From IMG/VR virus record IMGVR_UViG_3300032562_000004, positions 171,813 to 235,812 of that record: 64,000 nt of DNA. One strand, 5' to 3'. Positions within the stretch are counted from its first letter, which is position 1, and every line of letters starts with the position of its first letter. Below are positions 7,903 through 17,695 of the stretch, piece by piece. The notes beneath the pieces are model-generated. The model did no database searches. It was not told the origin of the DNA and saw nothing but the letters and a program-made list of their open reading frames with translations. Made by a program: the position numbers and the translations under genes.

Positions 7903-8372
7903 TGTTGTTTTAAGAGTTTAAAAGTTTCAGCTTCGACTACACGTCTGCGTAAACTACTACTTGAAAACGAATGGTCACGATCGTTAAAAATACATTCGAT
8001 ACCTCGTCGATAACATTCACTCTTTCCAGTAAATTCTTTATCCTCATACTCAATACCCAATACACGAACATCCAAAGGCAGTATTAGAAGCAAATCAACT
8101 AAGTCTTGTTCTGTTTGATAAACAACAACTTCGTCTACATAGCGACAAGCGGCTAATTGTATTTGCCGTTCAACAATACTTTGTACAGGTTTGTTTTTAG
8201 TATCTCGGTCAATAGTAGGATCTGTTTGCAATCCAGCAATTAAGTAATCACAATGGTTCTTAGCTTCGGATAGCATAGCAATATGCCCAGCGTGTAGCAT
8301 ATCAAAAGTACTAAAGGTAATACCAATCTTTTTACCTTCTTCTGTAAGTCTGCGAATGTGATTAAAAATCAA
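7899..8372 (-). CDS. Cytidylyltransferase (TagD/RfaE-like, HxGH family)
   Basis: TFSTFDMLHAGH, GLQTDP, SSSSLR motifs. Confidence 0.88.
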   Translation of the reverse strand: MIFNHIRRLTEEGKKIGITFSTFDMLHAGHIAMLSEAKNHCDYLIAGLQTDPTIDRDTKNKPVQSIVERQIQLAACRYVDEVVVYQTEQDLVDLLLILPLDVRVLGIEYEDKEFTGKSECYRRGIECIFNDRDHSFSSSSLRRRVVEAETFKLLKQQ

Positions 8373-8734
8373 CTTACTTCACTCCTGCCATCGCCAACAT
8401 CGCGACTTTTAACTACTCGCGGCGACATTGCTTCGTATTGTTCTGCTGTTTCTAATACTACATTACGACATACTGCGGTAAACCAACGATCAATAATATC
8501 TGCGTCTGTATCTTTAGGATCCATCATATAGCCATGGCGAACCAAATCGGCAATCATTTTGTCATTCCAATCAAATTCAAATGCGCCTGAATTAATATCG
8601 TTAGGATCTATGTCCATACTTAATACTTCAAAGTATGCTTCGCCTTTTTCAGTAGCAACTTGTTTAGCTGACTTAGCTTGTTGTTGCGCTACAGCCGCAA
8701 TTGGCTTCTTTTTAAAAAAATCAAATATTCCCAT
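8369..8734 (-). CDS. Hypothetical phage protein
   Basis: 121-aa ORF. Confidence 0.7.
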   Translation of the reverse strand: MGIFDFFKKKPIAAVAQQQAKSAKQVATEKGEAYFEVLSMDIDPNDINSGAFEFDWNDKMIADLVRHGYMMDPKDTDADIIDRWFTAVCRNVVLETAEQYEAMSPRVVKSRDVGDGRSEVS

Positions 8735-9837
8735 TACTGATCCTTAAACAAATTTATTTCTTCCCATGGCAAATCTTTTTTGCCAAAGTGACCATAGTTA
8801 GTAGTCTTACTGTATATAGGTCTAAACAGCTTAAAGCGATTAATAATACCTAACGGAGTTAAATCTACATTATTATAAATCCACTCTGTTAACGCACGAC
8901 TATCACCGTCTGACTCTATATAAAAACTCATAGGTTGTGCTACCCCAATAGCATAACTAATTTGTACAGTAGCCCAGTTAGCACGACCAGCGGCAACAAT
9001 ATTCTTAGCCAAATAGCGAGCCATGTAAGCGGCGCTACGGTCTACCTTAGTAGGATCCTTGCCACTAAACGCACCACCGCCGTGTGGGCTATATCCACCG
9101 TATGTGTCTACAATAATCTTACGACCTGTTAATCCTGTGTCACCATCAGGACCACCTACTACAAAACGCCCTGTTGGGTTAATATAAAATTCTGTCTTTT
9201 CATCTACAAATTCTGTAGGTAATATATTACGAATAATATTGCCAACGTCTTTACGAACAGTTTCGATATCAACATCGGCATTATGTTGTGTAGAACAAAC
9301 TACTTTAGCAATACGAATAGGTTTGGCATCATCGCTGTATTCAAAAGTAACTTGACTCTTAGCATCTGGTCCAAGATAGTTAAGTACACCTTGTTTACGA
9401 ACTTGTGTTAACCCTTCTACAATTCTATGACTCCAGTAAATTGCCGAAGGCATAAAGTTTTCTGTTTCGTTACAAGCATATCCAAACATTAATCCTTGGT
9501 CGCCTGCGCCAAAGTTGTCTGTGCCTAACGCAATATCTGCGGACTGGCCATGTAGCAAGTTAATAATTTTAACAGTACGCCAATCAAATCCTGACTGCTC
9601 GTAACCAATATCTTTGATGACTCGACGAATAGCTGATTCTACTTCTTCTGAATGTAATACACCTTTATATTCTCCAGCAACAATTACTGTATCTGTAGTT
9701 ACCAATGTTTCACAAGCACAACGAAGACTAGTGTCTTCTTTACTCATTACTAAATCTAAAATAGCATCACTAATAGCATCTGCTACTTTGTCTGGATGTC
9801 CTTCTGATACTGATTCGCTTGTGAATAGATAGCTCAT
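8734..9837 (-). CDS. metK: S-adenosylmethionine synthetase
   Basis: FTSESVSEGHPDK, GAGDQG, GGGAFSGKDPTKVDRS signatures; start at MSYLFTSES (9837). Confidence 0.98.
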   Translation of the reverse strand: MSYLFTSESVSEGHPDKVADAISDAILDLVMSKEDTSLRCACETLVTTDTVIVAGEYKGVLHSEEVESAIRRVIKDIGYEQSGFDWRTVKIINLLHGQSADIALGTDNFGAGDQGLMFGYACNETENFMPSAIYWSHRIVEGLTQVRKQGVLNYLGPDAKSQVTFEYSDDAKPIRIAKVVCSTQHNADVDIETVRKDVGNIIRNILPTEFVDEKTEFYINPTGRFVVGGPDGDTGLTGRKIIVDTYGGYSPHGGGAFSGKDPTKVDRSAAYMARYLAKNIVAAGRANWATVQISYAIGVAQPMSFYIESDGDSRALTEWIYNNVDLTPLGIINRFKLFRPIYSKTTNYGHFGKKDLPWEEINLFKDQ

Positions 9838-10079
9838 TAATTTCCTTTTAATTTCCATATAAGATGTTCGGTACTGCTATGCCATTTGTATTGATACGCT
9901 GGTTCGCCTGGCCCGGACCATCCAGCTACGCCACGATAGGCATATTCTAGCCAGATTAACTTATTACTTAGCGCACATTTATGGGGTAGCCAAGAAAATT
10001 TGAGTTCCCAAAATGCCTTTCTATAAAAAGGATCGATTAAATCAGGTATAGGCATACCATGAAATCCTTGTGGATACAA
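9837..10079 (-). CDS. Hypothetical protein
   Basis: 80-aa ORF. Confidence 0.55.
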   Translation of the reverse strand: MYPQGFHGMPIPDLIDPFYRKAFWELKFSWLPHKCALSNKLIWLEYAYRGVAGWSGPGEPAYQYKWHSSTEHLIWKLKGN

Positions 10080-10934
10080 TCAAGTACCCCAGTCGTTTTT
10101 CCAAAGAACCACTTGAAGTCTATCACTATAGCGTAAGCCATTTGCCATAGCTAGTTCTGCTACTCGACGATTATTCAAAGTATAAACACTTTCAACCCCG
10201 CCAACTGGCATTAAGTAAATTGGGCCTTTAAACCCAGCCGCTTGATAAATTTGCGATACTGCTAGTGCTTCTTCGGCATCTTCTTCTGTAGAGATTACAA
10301 ATTTTAAATAAGTGTATCCAACTTCTTGATATTCGCAAACTACTTCAGGCTTAATAGCATCTTCACGCAATTCACCAGAGCAACTTAATTTAGCACTAAC
10401 ACTAAATGTAACTTGTTTAGGCTTGCCAACTCCATCTAATGACCAGTTAATCAAAAACTCTTTAAACTCTGGACTTAGCTTTTGAGTGCCATTCGTTTCA
10501 AAAGTAATTTCTCGTAAATTGGCCATCTTAGGATTGTTCAGCAAGTCTGGATAAGCACGTTGCCAACCTAACAAAGGTTCTCCGCCTGTGATAACCAAGT
10601 GCTCAGTGCCCCACTGACCAAATGGCAGAATCTCCATAATGCGATTAGCAATAGCATCTGACTCCATTAAAGGACTTAAATCTTTAAAGCGCGGATCCCA
10701 ACTAGCATAGCTATCACATCCTGTACTTACTAATGGCAAGTCTTCATATTTGGTAAACATATGAGCAACTTCTGCTATTTCTTCTACTTCTGTGCTAAGT
10801 TGACCTTTGGGCATACCAAATCCAGCACAGCGGAAATTACAGCCGAAAGTTCTAAGGAATATACTGGGCACTCCCATATAGCGACCTTCGCCTTGAATAC
10901 TATAAAATAGTTCTGCTACTTTTAATTTACTCAC
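10080..10934 (-). CDS. queE: 7-carboxy-7-deazaguanine synthase (radical SAM)
   Basis: ELFYSIQGEG...FLRTFGCNFRC...CDS, ITGGEP, ETNGT. Confidence 0.92.
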   Translation of the reverse strand: MSKLKVAELFYSIQGEGRYMGVPSIFLRTFGCNFRCAGFGMPKGQLSTEVEEIAEVAHMFTKYEDLPLVSTGCDSYASWDPRFKDLSPLMESDAIANRIMEILPFGQWGTEHLVITGGEPLLGWQRAYPDLLNNPKMANLREITFETNGTQKLSPEFKEFLINWSLDGVGKPKQVTFSVSAKLSCSGELREDAIKPEVVCEYQEVGYTYLKFVISTEEDAEEALAVSQIYQAAGFKGPIYLMPVGGVESVYTLNNRRVAELAMANGLRYSDRLQVVLWKNDWGT

Positions 10935-11220
10935 CGAATTCCTCTCTCATCATTTGATCATGTTCATTTTCTTCTTTAGCACCTTTCCGTGCTTTTTGTT
11001 CTTGATAGCCGCGACTACCGTCTCCTTTGCCTTTTACTCTGCGCCCACACTCCGTACATTCGTGAAATCCTTGTACAAACTCTTTTCCACTATCAAATGT
11101 TATTACTTCTGTGCCTTCGATTGTGAATTTTTTGTAACACTGGTTAAAGGTACAAACCACTTTCATAGTTTCAGGATCTATAAAAGATACGTCTACTTTT
11201 TTCTTTGACAATTTACTCAT
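10927..11220 (-). CDS. Hypothetical, Cys-motif (zinc-ribbon-like) protein
   Basis: CTFNQC...CTEC; start set at MSKLSKK (11220). Confidence 0.55.
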   Translation of the reverse strand: MSKLSKKKVDVSFIDPETMKVVCTFNQCYKKFTIEGTEVITFDSGKEFVQGFHECTECGRRVKGKGDGSRGYQEQKARKGAKEENEHDQMMREEFGE

Positions 11221-11771
11221 TTCTTCCACCACCCTTCATAAGGAAAATTAACCCATCGAGGGTCTTCGTTTTTATTAATCTCCATACCAGCATAGTTAAT
11301 AGTTAATTCACTCTTACTTGGTAAGTTATCGATTAGTACTGCTACTCGTACATTGTTGCCCCAAACTTGTTCCCAAACTTCTGTAGCCTGCGGTAAGCAA
11401 CTTGATTGCCAATCTTGTTTAATCCAGTTTAGAGTAGCACCTGTATCATTAATATCATCAACGATAAGAATATTTTTGCGTAGCTTTTTCTTAGAATATG
11501 ATTCGTGATCTTTGCGGATTTCTAAGTTGACATACCCAAAGGCATCACTTGCCATTCCGCAATCACTTACACAATCTTGATCATCCCGTAATGATACTTT
11601 AAGTGTTTGCATTGGCACGTCTAGATATTGGGATATAAGAACAGCTGGAAGTAACCCGCCACGAGTAAGTCCTACAACATAATCGGGTTTCCAGCCGTCT
11701 TTCGTAATTTGACGTAGAATGTCTTGAGTTAAACATTCTACGTCTTTGTAAGTTAAATTAGTATGGTCCAT
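11217..11771 (-). CDS. Type I phosphoribosyltransferase (Gpt/Hpt-like)
   Basis: VVGLTRGGLLPA, LIVDDINDTGAT PRPP-binding motif, WVNFPYE. Confidence 0.9.
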   Translation of the reverse strand: MDHTNLTYKDVECLTQDILRQITKDGWKPDYVVGLTRGGLLPAVLISQYLDVPMQTLKVSLRDDQDCVSDCGMASDAFGYVNLEIRKDHESYSKKKLRKNILIVDDINDTGATLNWIKQDWQSSCLPQATEVWEQVWGNNVRVAVLIDNLPSKSELTINYAGMEINKNEDPRWVNFPYEGWWKK

Positions 11772-11777
11772 ACAAGT

Positions 11778-11806
11778 ATTATACACACTTGTATTTAGGT
11801 CGTCAA
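11778..11806 (-). promoter_or_regulatory. sigma70 promoter with nested CTAAATA late motif
   Basis: TTGACG-ACCTAAATACAAGTGTG-TATAAT. Confidence 0.75.
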
Positions 11807-11810
11807 GCTA

Positions 11811-12704
11811 TTACGATAAAATTTGGCGAATACCTTCTTCAAACGACATAGGATTATAGTCAGGCATAATCGAACGAAGTTTGGTAATATCAGGACGGCG
11901 ATTAGCAACAGAACCTGGCATACTTGGTAACTGTTCAAATACTGCGTCTGGATGACCTAATTCGGTAGCAATAACTTTAACAGCATCACCAATTGAAATC
12001 TCGCGGTCATTGCCCACATTAACCAATTCACGAGTAGTGTTTTCGGCAACATAGATACTAGCACGGATAGCATCTGATACATGACAGAAGCTACGAGTTT
12101 CTTGTGCGCCGATTACAGAGAAAATACCGTTTTTAATCTTGTTAATTTGGTCACCTAAGAAATGACCTTGTTTACTGTTTTCACCATATACATTAAAGTA
12201 ACGGATCATAACATAAGGTAAGTCCGAATTAGCCAAATAGTTTTCACTAGTAATCTTAGCCAAACGATAACTCCAACGAGCATTGTGTATATCTTTAATA
12301 AACACATCTGAATTCTCTGGAACTGGACTCGTAGGATCATCTGCTACAATTTCACTGCTCGAAGCATATACTAAGCTCTTAAGATTAGTACATTTACGAG
12401 CAAAATTGAAAATGTTTAAATCGCAAACAAAGTTATTTTCTAATACCTTGTTAGGCATTTTGTAAAAGTTAGTTGTACCGTTAATAGCACCATAGTGATA
12501 AATGTAATCAAAATCAGTTGGCAATAATTCATCAAACAATACTGTGTTATTTAAGTCAGCGGCAACAAACTTATCACAATCAGGAATACTTGAACTACGA
12601 CTATGATTATCTAGTGCCCATACTTCATTGCCAGCGGCTTTAAGTTGTTTACAAAATTCTGTGCCTAGCAATCCGCTAGCGCCTGTAATTAAAATTTTAG
12701 CCAT
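11811..12704 (-). CDS. NAD-dependent nucleotide-sugar epimerase/dehydratase (extended SDR)
   Basis: ITGASGLLG, YASSSE, YRLAK (YxxxK), RYFNVYG. Confidence 0.92.
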   Translation of the reverse strand: MAKILITGASGLLGTEFCKQLKAAGNEVWALDNHSRSSSIPDCDKFVAADLNNTVLFDELLPTDFDYIYHYGAINGTTNFYKMPNKVLENNFVCDLNIFNFARKCTNLKSLVYASSSEIVADDPTSPVPENSDVFIKDIHNARWSYRLAKITSENYLANSDLPYVMIRYFNVYGENSKQGHFLGDQINKIKNGIFSVIGAQETRSFCHVSDAIRASIYVAENTTRELVNVGNDREISIGDAVKVIATELGHPDAVFEQLPSMPGSVANRRPDITKLRSIMPDYNPMSFEEGIRQILS

Positions 12705-13473
12705 TTACAATTTTCTCATTATCTTTAATAGTTGCTTCAATCATAGCGAAGTCAAGTCCTAAGTTCTTAACTAAGTTAGCCCACGCACTTGTATCTTTTG
12801 GCAAGCAATGTCCGCCAAAGCCACGCAAGTTTTCATTACACATCAAATATGCTGGATTAATACAATCACGCTTGGTAATAGCATTGTAAACATTATTATA
12901 ATCTGCGCCTAATGCTTTACATACTTCATAAGCAATATTAGCAAAAATAATTTGTACAGAATGATTTACATTGTTGAAGTATTTGATAACTTCTGCTTCT
13001 GCTGGCTTAACACAAGCAACATTTTGTGGCAAGTTACCATGGATAGCTTTAACAATAATATAATCTTCTTCGCGATTACTGCCAATTACTAATAAATCAT
13101 GATTGTACATAAAATCAGCTAACGCTGTTTTAGCACGAAGAAATTCTGGAACGGAGCAAATACGCAAGTTAGGGTATTGGGCAGATAGCTTATCGCAAGT
13201 ACCAGGAACACAAGTACTTTTAAGTCCTACTAAACCTTTGTAGCCAGCGTCGTTTAATTCGCCAACTACCTTTTCTACAATACTTGTATCGCAATCACCA
13301 TTTGGCGCTTGGTTAGTAGGAACACAAATGAATACACATTCTGTATCTAATACATCATTAAGTGTTGATCCTTCGTATGCTGGATCAAAGAAACTCATTT
13401 GGTGACCCAAATGATTTAATCCTTCATAAACTGCTTTGCCTACTGTGCCTTTTCCTATTAAACCAATCTTCAT
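12697..13473 (-). CDS. UDP-glucose/GDP-mannose dehydrogenase family (lacking the C-terminal domain)
   Basis: IGLIGKGTVG, FICVPT, KST, PEFLR, GFGGHCLPKD. Confidence 0.9.
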   Translation of the reverse strand: MKIGLIGKGTVGKAVYEGLNHLGHQMSFFDPAYEGSTLNDVLDTECVFICVPTNQAPNGDCDTSIVEKVVGELNDAGYKGLVGLKSTCVPGTCDKLSAQYPNLRICSVPEFLRAKTALADFMYNHDLLVIGSNREEDYIIVKAIHGNLPQNVACVKPAEAEVIKYFNNVNHSVQIIFANIAYEVCKALGADYNNVYNAITKRDCINPAYLMCNENLRGFGGHCLPKDTSAWANLVKNLGLDFAMIEATIKDNEKIVNG

Positions 13474-14070
13474 TCAATTCTCCTCTGGATATTTCATATC
13501 AACTAGTTGATTACTCTGAGCTGACGCCATGCTTAATATTTCTTGTGCCACATCTTCGGGTTCTAAACATATAGCCGAAGTTTTCATATCTATCATTTTA
13601 GTGCGTGTGCGTACTGGATTAATTAATCCTAATGTAACTTCACTGCCTTTAAAATACTCACAGGCACCTTGCCATACATTATATAGTGCTGCTTTACTGG
13701 CGGCGTATAAAATGTAGTCTTTGCGTCCTGACTTATACGCACTAGATCCAACCATAATAATCTTTACAGGTTTCTTAGTACCGTTACTAATGTAATGACG
13801 AATAATGGACCAATTCGATCCAATGTTTATATCAAATGTATTTGAATGTGTTTCGTTATTAGTTTTATCGAAATGACCTACACAATTTACAATAACATCT
13901 GGATCATTACTTGATAACATTTCTTGTATTTTAATATCGCTATCTAAATAAACAAAATTTACTTGATTTTTGCTAATAGGTTTGACAATATAGCCGGCTC
14001 GAGTGAAGGCTTCACAGGTAGCTTGACCGATGCCGCCATTAGATCCAAATATAACTGCTCGTTTAATCAT
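13474..14070 (-). CDS. Short-chain dehydrogenase/reductase
   Basis: IFGSNGGIG, YAASK. Confidence 0.85.
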   Translation of the reverse strand: MIKRAVIFGSNGGIGQATCEAFTRAGYIVKPISKNQVNFVYLDSDIKIQEMLSSNDPDVIVNCVGHFDKTNNETHSNTFDINIGSNWSIIRHYISNGTKKPVKIIMVGSSAYKSGRKDYILYAASKAALYNVWQGACEYFKGSEVTLGLINPVRTRTKMIDMKTSAICLEPEDVAQEILSMASAQSNQLVDMKYPEEN

Positions 14071-14476
14071 GTTTTGGTAAAATAGAATCTACACGGAATG
14101 TATCATTCTCGTAATCTTCGCCACCGCGTGGGCCTTCAGCAAAAGCAATAAACACACAGCCATCGCTACCAGCTTCCATACCGTGGATCTCATTAGGTTC
14201 GCTAATAACCATATCCCCAGGACCGGCAGTGATTCCAACGGCTGGCTCATCACTATCAACAGGCTTAGAGTAATAGTGTAAAGTACCAGCTAACACATAG
14301 GTATACTGCGTAGTAAGTTTGTGATAATGATTAGCACGAATAGCACCAGGAGCGTTAGTAATAATACAAGCATGATTCATATTTGCTTTGTAAAAAATAT
14401 CGGTAATCGAACCACGGTCGTCTGCGTGTTTGCCTAAACCTTCTTCTGTATTGTTATAAATGTTGTAATGTCTCAT
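14063..14476 (-). CDS. Cupin, sugar 3,4-ketoisomerase/epimerase-like (FdtA/WxcM type)
   Basis: DDRGSI, GAIRANHYH, EPNEIHG. Confidence 0.8.
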   Translation of the reverse strand: MRHYNIYNNTEEGLGKHADDRGSITDIFYKANMNHACIITNAPGAIRANHYHKLTTQYTYVLAGTLHYYSKPVDSDEPAVGITAGPGDMVISEPNEIHGMEAGSDGCVFIAFAEGPRGGEDYENDTFRVDSILPKHD

Positions 14477-15702
14477 TGTGATATAAACCTTGTGTTAGGG
14501 TTGATGCTTAATAGAGCTTTCTTTAGTGGCTCTCCGATATTCCAGCTTAGTACTAATGCGTATGGTTTTTCGTGTTTAGCAAACTCGTCATCGCTACGAA
14601 TAGGAATACGAGTTAATGGTGTGTATTTGCCTTGTTTAAATTGACTAGCATCTGTAATACAAGTTAATACTGTTTTATCTAGTTTGTGCCAGTTTAACCA
14701 AGTATTAGCTTTGGCTGCCGCCCCAACACCAATAATAACAGCATCAGGTTCATCTGCTAAAATTTGATAAAAGTTAAGTAGCCACGCATTGCGTTGCTTT
14801 TCAAACTTGTCTTGTAATTTGGTATAGAAAGTAGTATCAAACAAACCCATAGCAGTTTCGTTTTCGATAGCACCACGAACCAAGAATGGCATTCCGTTGT
14901 TAGTAGTATGTTTAGCAATAACTCTAATACTGCCGCCATGATAATCAACTATATCAAAATCTACAATATCTAAACCAACTTGCTGTAGCAAGTTCCAAGC
15001 ACTCTTAATAGTAAAGTAAGAAATGTGTTCGTGATAAACCATATCTACGAATCGACCACTTTCAATCATACTTGCCCAGTACGGTAACTCAAATACAAAT
15101 ATACCATCTTTATCTAATAACTGTGAAACTCCCGAAGCAAAGTTAACAGGATCGTTAGCATGATTGAATACATTGTTAGCTATAATTACCGAAGCCTTGC
15201 CATGTTCTTCGGCAACTTCAACTGCTGTATCAATATTGAATAAAGCAGCTAATGAGTCGACTCCTTTTTCTTTGGCAATATCGCACATAGTTTGGGAAGA
15301 ATCGATCCCAAGTACTTTGGTATCTGTATCTTGAAATTGTTTAATTAAGTAAGCATCGTTACTACCAATCTCTACAACCAATCCCTCAGTGTTGTATTTG
15401 CTTTTGATAGTAGAAGCATATTCATCCCAGTGATCTCTGGCAGTTTTTGAATTTGACGATGTATAGCTATAACTGTATAAGTTATAACGATCTTCGGCAT
15501 CGCTAACGAATCCTAATTGGATTTGCCCTGAACTAGAATTTAAATGTAGTTGTAGTGGAAATACTGGTTCAGACATATGAAGCTGATCTTCAGCAATGAA
15601 TGTATCAGCATAAGCGTGTTGCCCGAAGTCTAAAATTTTTGTAACAAACTCGCCTGTAATTAAACAGCGATCTAAGTGGGTGCTTTCAGTTATTTTACTC
15701 AT
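14473..15702 (-). CDS. NDP-hexose C-methyltransferase
   Basis: N-terminal C(L)ITG/DFG..AYA..F, VEIGSNDA, NVFNH, YHEHISYF, HGGSIR, GAAAKANT, SWN. Confidence 0.88.
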   Translation of the reverse strand: MSKITESTHLDRCLITGEFVTKILDFGQHAYADTFIAEDQLHMSEPVFPLQLHLNSSSGQIQLGFVSDAEDRYNLYSYSYTSSNSKTARDHWDEYASTIKSKYNTEGLVVEIGSNDAYLIKQFQDTDTKVLGIDSSQTMCDIAKEKGVDSLAALFNIDTAVEVAEEHGKASVIIANNVFNHANDPVNFASGVSQLLDKDGIFVFELPYWASMIESGRFVDMVYHEHISYFTIKSAWNLLQQVGLDIVDFDIVDYHGGSIRVIAKHTTNNGMPFLVRGAIENETAMGLFDTTFYTKLQDKFEKQRNAWLLNFYQILADEPDAVIIGVGAAAKANTWLNWHKLDKTVLTCITDASQFKQGKYTPLTRIPIRSDDEFAKHEKPYALVLSWNIGEPLKKALLSINPNTRFISQ

Positions 15703-16529
15703 TATCTTTTTACCGGAGTTTGTATCATTTGTTTATTAATATCATTCTTTTTAAGTTTTTCCCAAGGATCCTGTTGACCTAGTTTTACATTTTGCCAGAA
15801 AGAAAGGTCTTTACCTTTTGACACTAGATAAGAAGCAATCTTTTCAGCGTCAACTAATCTGCCATTGCCATATGAAGGATGATGGAAATCTTTTGGACTA
15901 CTAGGATTACCTTCTAATACCTCACGATTTTTAAATGTAAGGTCTGCGTTGCTACCAGTTAAGTCATGTCTATCGTGTGTAGCGTAAATTTCTACAATTT
16001 CCATAATGTCAAGCATATAAGCAATTTGACTTAACTCAGCATCAATCATTTGATGACGTGAGAAGAATCCAAATAAGTCATACCATTCTTTAGGAACAAT
16101 AGGGAAAATAGAATATGGATGTTCGCGATGAACATGGATTTTAAGTAGTTTGAATTCACCAGTATGATCAGTGATAATTTTATCCCAACCTGTAGTTTCC
16201 ATCAAAGCATCGTCATTCCAAACAAACAACCAATCAGCTGATGCTTGTGCGGCTAAGCCATTATAGTAACGATTTAATCCAACATAACCCATTGGTTCAA
16301 ATACCATTACAGTATAATGAATTCCTTTTTGTTCCATCCAAGGCTGGATTGATTCGGAAAAATATTTTAATCCAACTTCATCATCATTATCAAATGCTAA
16401 TAATAATTGGACCCCGTCAATATCAAGTACTCTGTTAAAAACACTAATAATACTTAATTTTAATGCTGTAGTTCTGCCTCTTGTAGGAAGCATTACCGCT
16501 ATTTTATAATCGTTTTTGGACTGGGCCAT
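15702..16529 (-). CDS. Glycosyltransferase, GT-A (GT2-like)
   Basis: AVMLPTRGR, WLFVWNDDA (DxD-like). Confidence 0.75.
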   Translation of the reverse strand: MAQSKNDYKIAVMLPTRGRTTALKLSIISVFNRVLDIDGVQLLLAFDNDDEVGLKYFSESIQPWMEQKGIHYTVMVFEPMGYVGLNRYYNGLAAQASADWLFVWNDDALMETTGWDKIITDHTGEFKLLKIHVHREHPYSIFPIVPKEWYDLFGFFSRHQMIDAELSQIAYMLDIMEIVEIYATHDRHDLTGSNADLTFKNREVLEGNPSSPKDFHHPSYGNGRLVDAEKIASYLVSKGKDLSFWQNVKLGQQDPWEKLKKNDINKQMIQTPVKR

Positions 16530-16588
16530 TGTTATCCTTTGTACAGTTTGTACTATTTACTGGATAATATAGGTACTTAATAATTTTC

Positions 16589-16873
16589 TTAATCTTTGTA
16601 GATAGTGGACCATGTAACTAACTTAGCTGACTTTTTTAAGGTAGCATCGTGTAGTTCTTTCTCAGTAAATAGTTCGTGAGCTTTGAGTAATTCAATTAAT
16701 AAAGTGACATCGCCTAATTCTTGTATCAATTCTTCGCGTTGAGTGCGCCCAGATTTGAGATTTTCTCCTTCTATCCCAAATCTGCGGCACTTGCTTATAG
16801 CTTGAATAACTTCAGCACACTCTTCTTGTAGAATGTCTAAAATTTCGTTAATTTTAGGCGAAGAGGTCTTCAT
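16589..16873 (-). CDS. MazG-like pyrophosphohydrolase
   Basis: LQEECAEVIQA...ELGDV. Confidence 0.8.
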   Translation of the reverse strand: MKTSSPKINEILDILQEECAEVIQAISKCRRFGIEGENLKSGRTQREELIQELGDVTLLIELLKAHELFTEKELHDATLKKSAKLVTWSTIYKD

Positions 16874-17357
16874 TCCATTCCCTGTGTCCTTCGCGATACG
16901 CCATGTTAGACATTGTTTCGCGAACTTCTACACGATAGCACCATAAGCGGTCAGCTTCGGATTGTCCCCACATATCAGGTATGTAAACTCCGTTAACATA
17001 TTTGTAAAGTTGATCAGCTAGGCCTTCACAACCTAATTTAGGAAGAATGGTTAGTTTAGCAAGATTGCGTTTTTCCATTTCTTTATAAAAGTCAAGTTCC
17101 GGATCATCTTCTGCTACTAACAATGTATGGTCAAACTGTGACTCTAATACCGATTTCAATTCTTTAAGTCCACCGTAATCGGCTGCCCAGTTGCGTACAT
17201 CTAAATCATTTGTACCAAAATAAAACTTCATACTAAATGAATAGCCATGAATTAAATTACAATGACTATCAGCTCTCCATTGACGATAAGCGCAAGGAAA
17301 TGCGTCATGATATTCTTTAGTACTTGTGTATTTGTATTGTATTGCTTGGTTTGCCAT
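16854..17357 (-). CDS. queD: 6-carboxy-5,6,7,8-tetrahydropterin synthase
   Basis: CNLIHGY, DYGGLK, FDHTLL, GCEGLA, VRET. Confidence 0.9.
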   Translation of the reverse strand: MANQAIQYKYTSTKEYHDAFPCAYRQWRADSHCNLIHGYSFSMKFYFGTNDLDVRNWAADYGGLKELKSVLESQFDHTLLVAEDDPELDFYKEMEKRNLAKLTILPKLGCEGLADQLYKYVNGVYIPDMWGQSEADRLWCYRVEVRETMSNMAYREGHREWNEDLFA

Positions 17358-17359
17358 TT

Positions 17360-17441
17360 ATTTCTCCTATGTTAGATTATAGCATAGGCAGCAGAATTTG
17401 TATACCGGGATGATGCTCAAAAGACCGGTTGAAACTATTTA
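17360..17441 (-). promoter_or_regulatory. Structured 5' leader of queD with late promoter and SD-sequestering hairpin
   Basis: TAAATA; ACCGG/CCGGT stem; CCTATG/CATAGG stem overlapping AGGAG. Confidence 0.55.
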
Positions 17442-17695
17442 TTATCAGATTCTGGTGTAGCAGCAGGAGCTACTGGCTTTTCGGTAGTACCCATCTTTTT
17501 AGCAAGGTATGGATCAACATATGGTTTGTTAACTGTTTCGTCGGCCACATTCCAACCAATGGCACTAAAGAATCCTACAATTAACCAAGTTCCTATAAGT
17601 TCAATGATCATATTTTTATTATTACGAAAAAAGATATTGTATAAATGCGACAAACATAATCCAATATATATAAATTTCGTGTAGTATCTGTTCAA
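17435..17695 (-). CDS. Small membrane protein (start probably internal, MIIELIGTW)
   Basis: Hydrophobic segment LIGTWLIVGFFSAIGW. Confidence 0.55.
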   Translation of the reverse strand: MNRYYTKFIYIGLCLSHLYNIFFRNNKNMIIELIGTWLIVGFFSAIGWNVADETVNKPYVDPYLAKKMGTTEKPVAPAATPESDNK

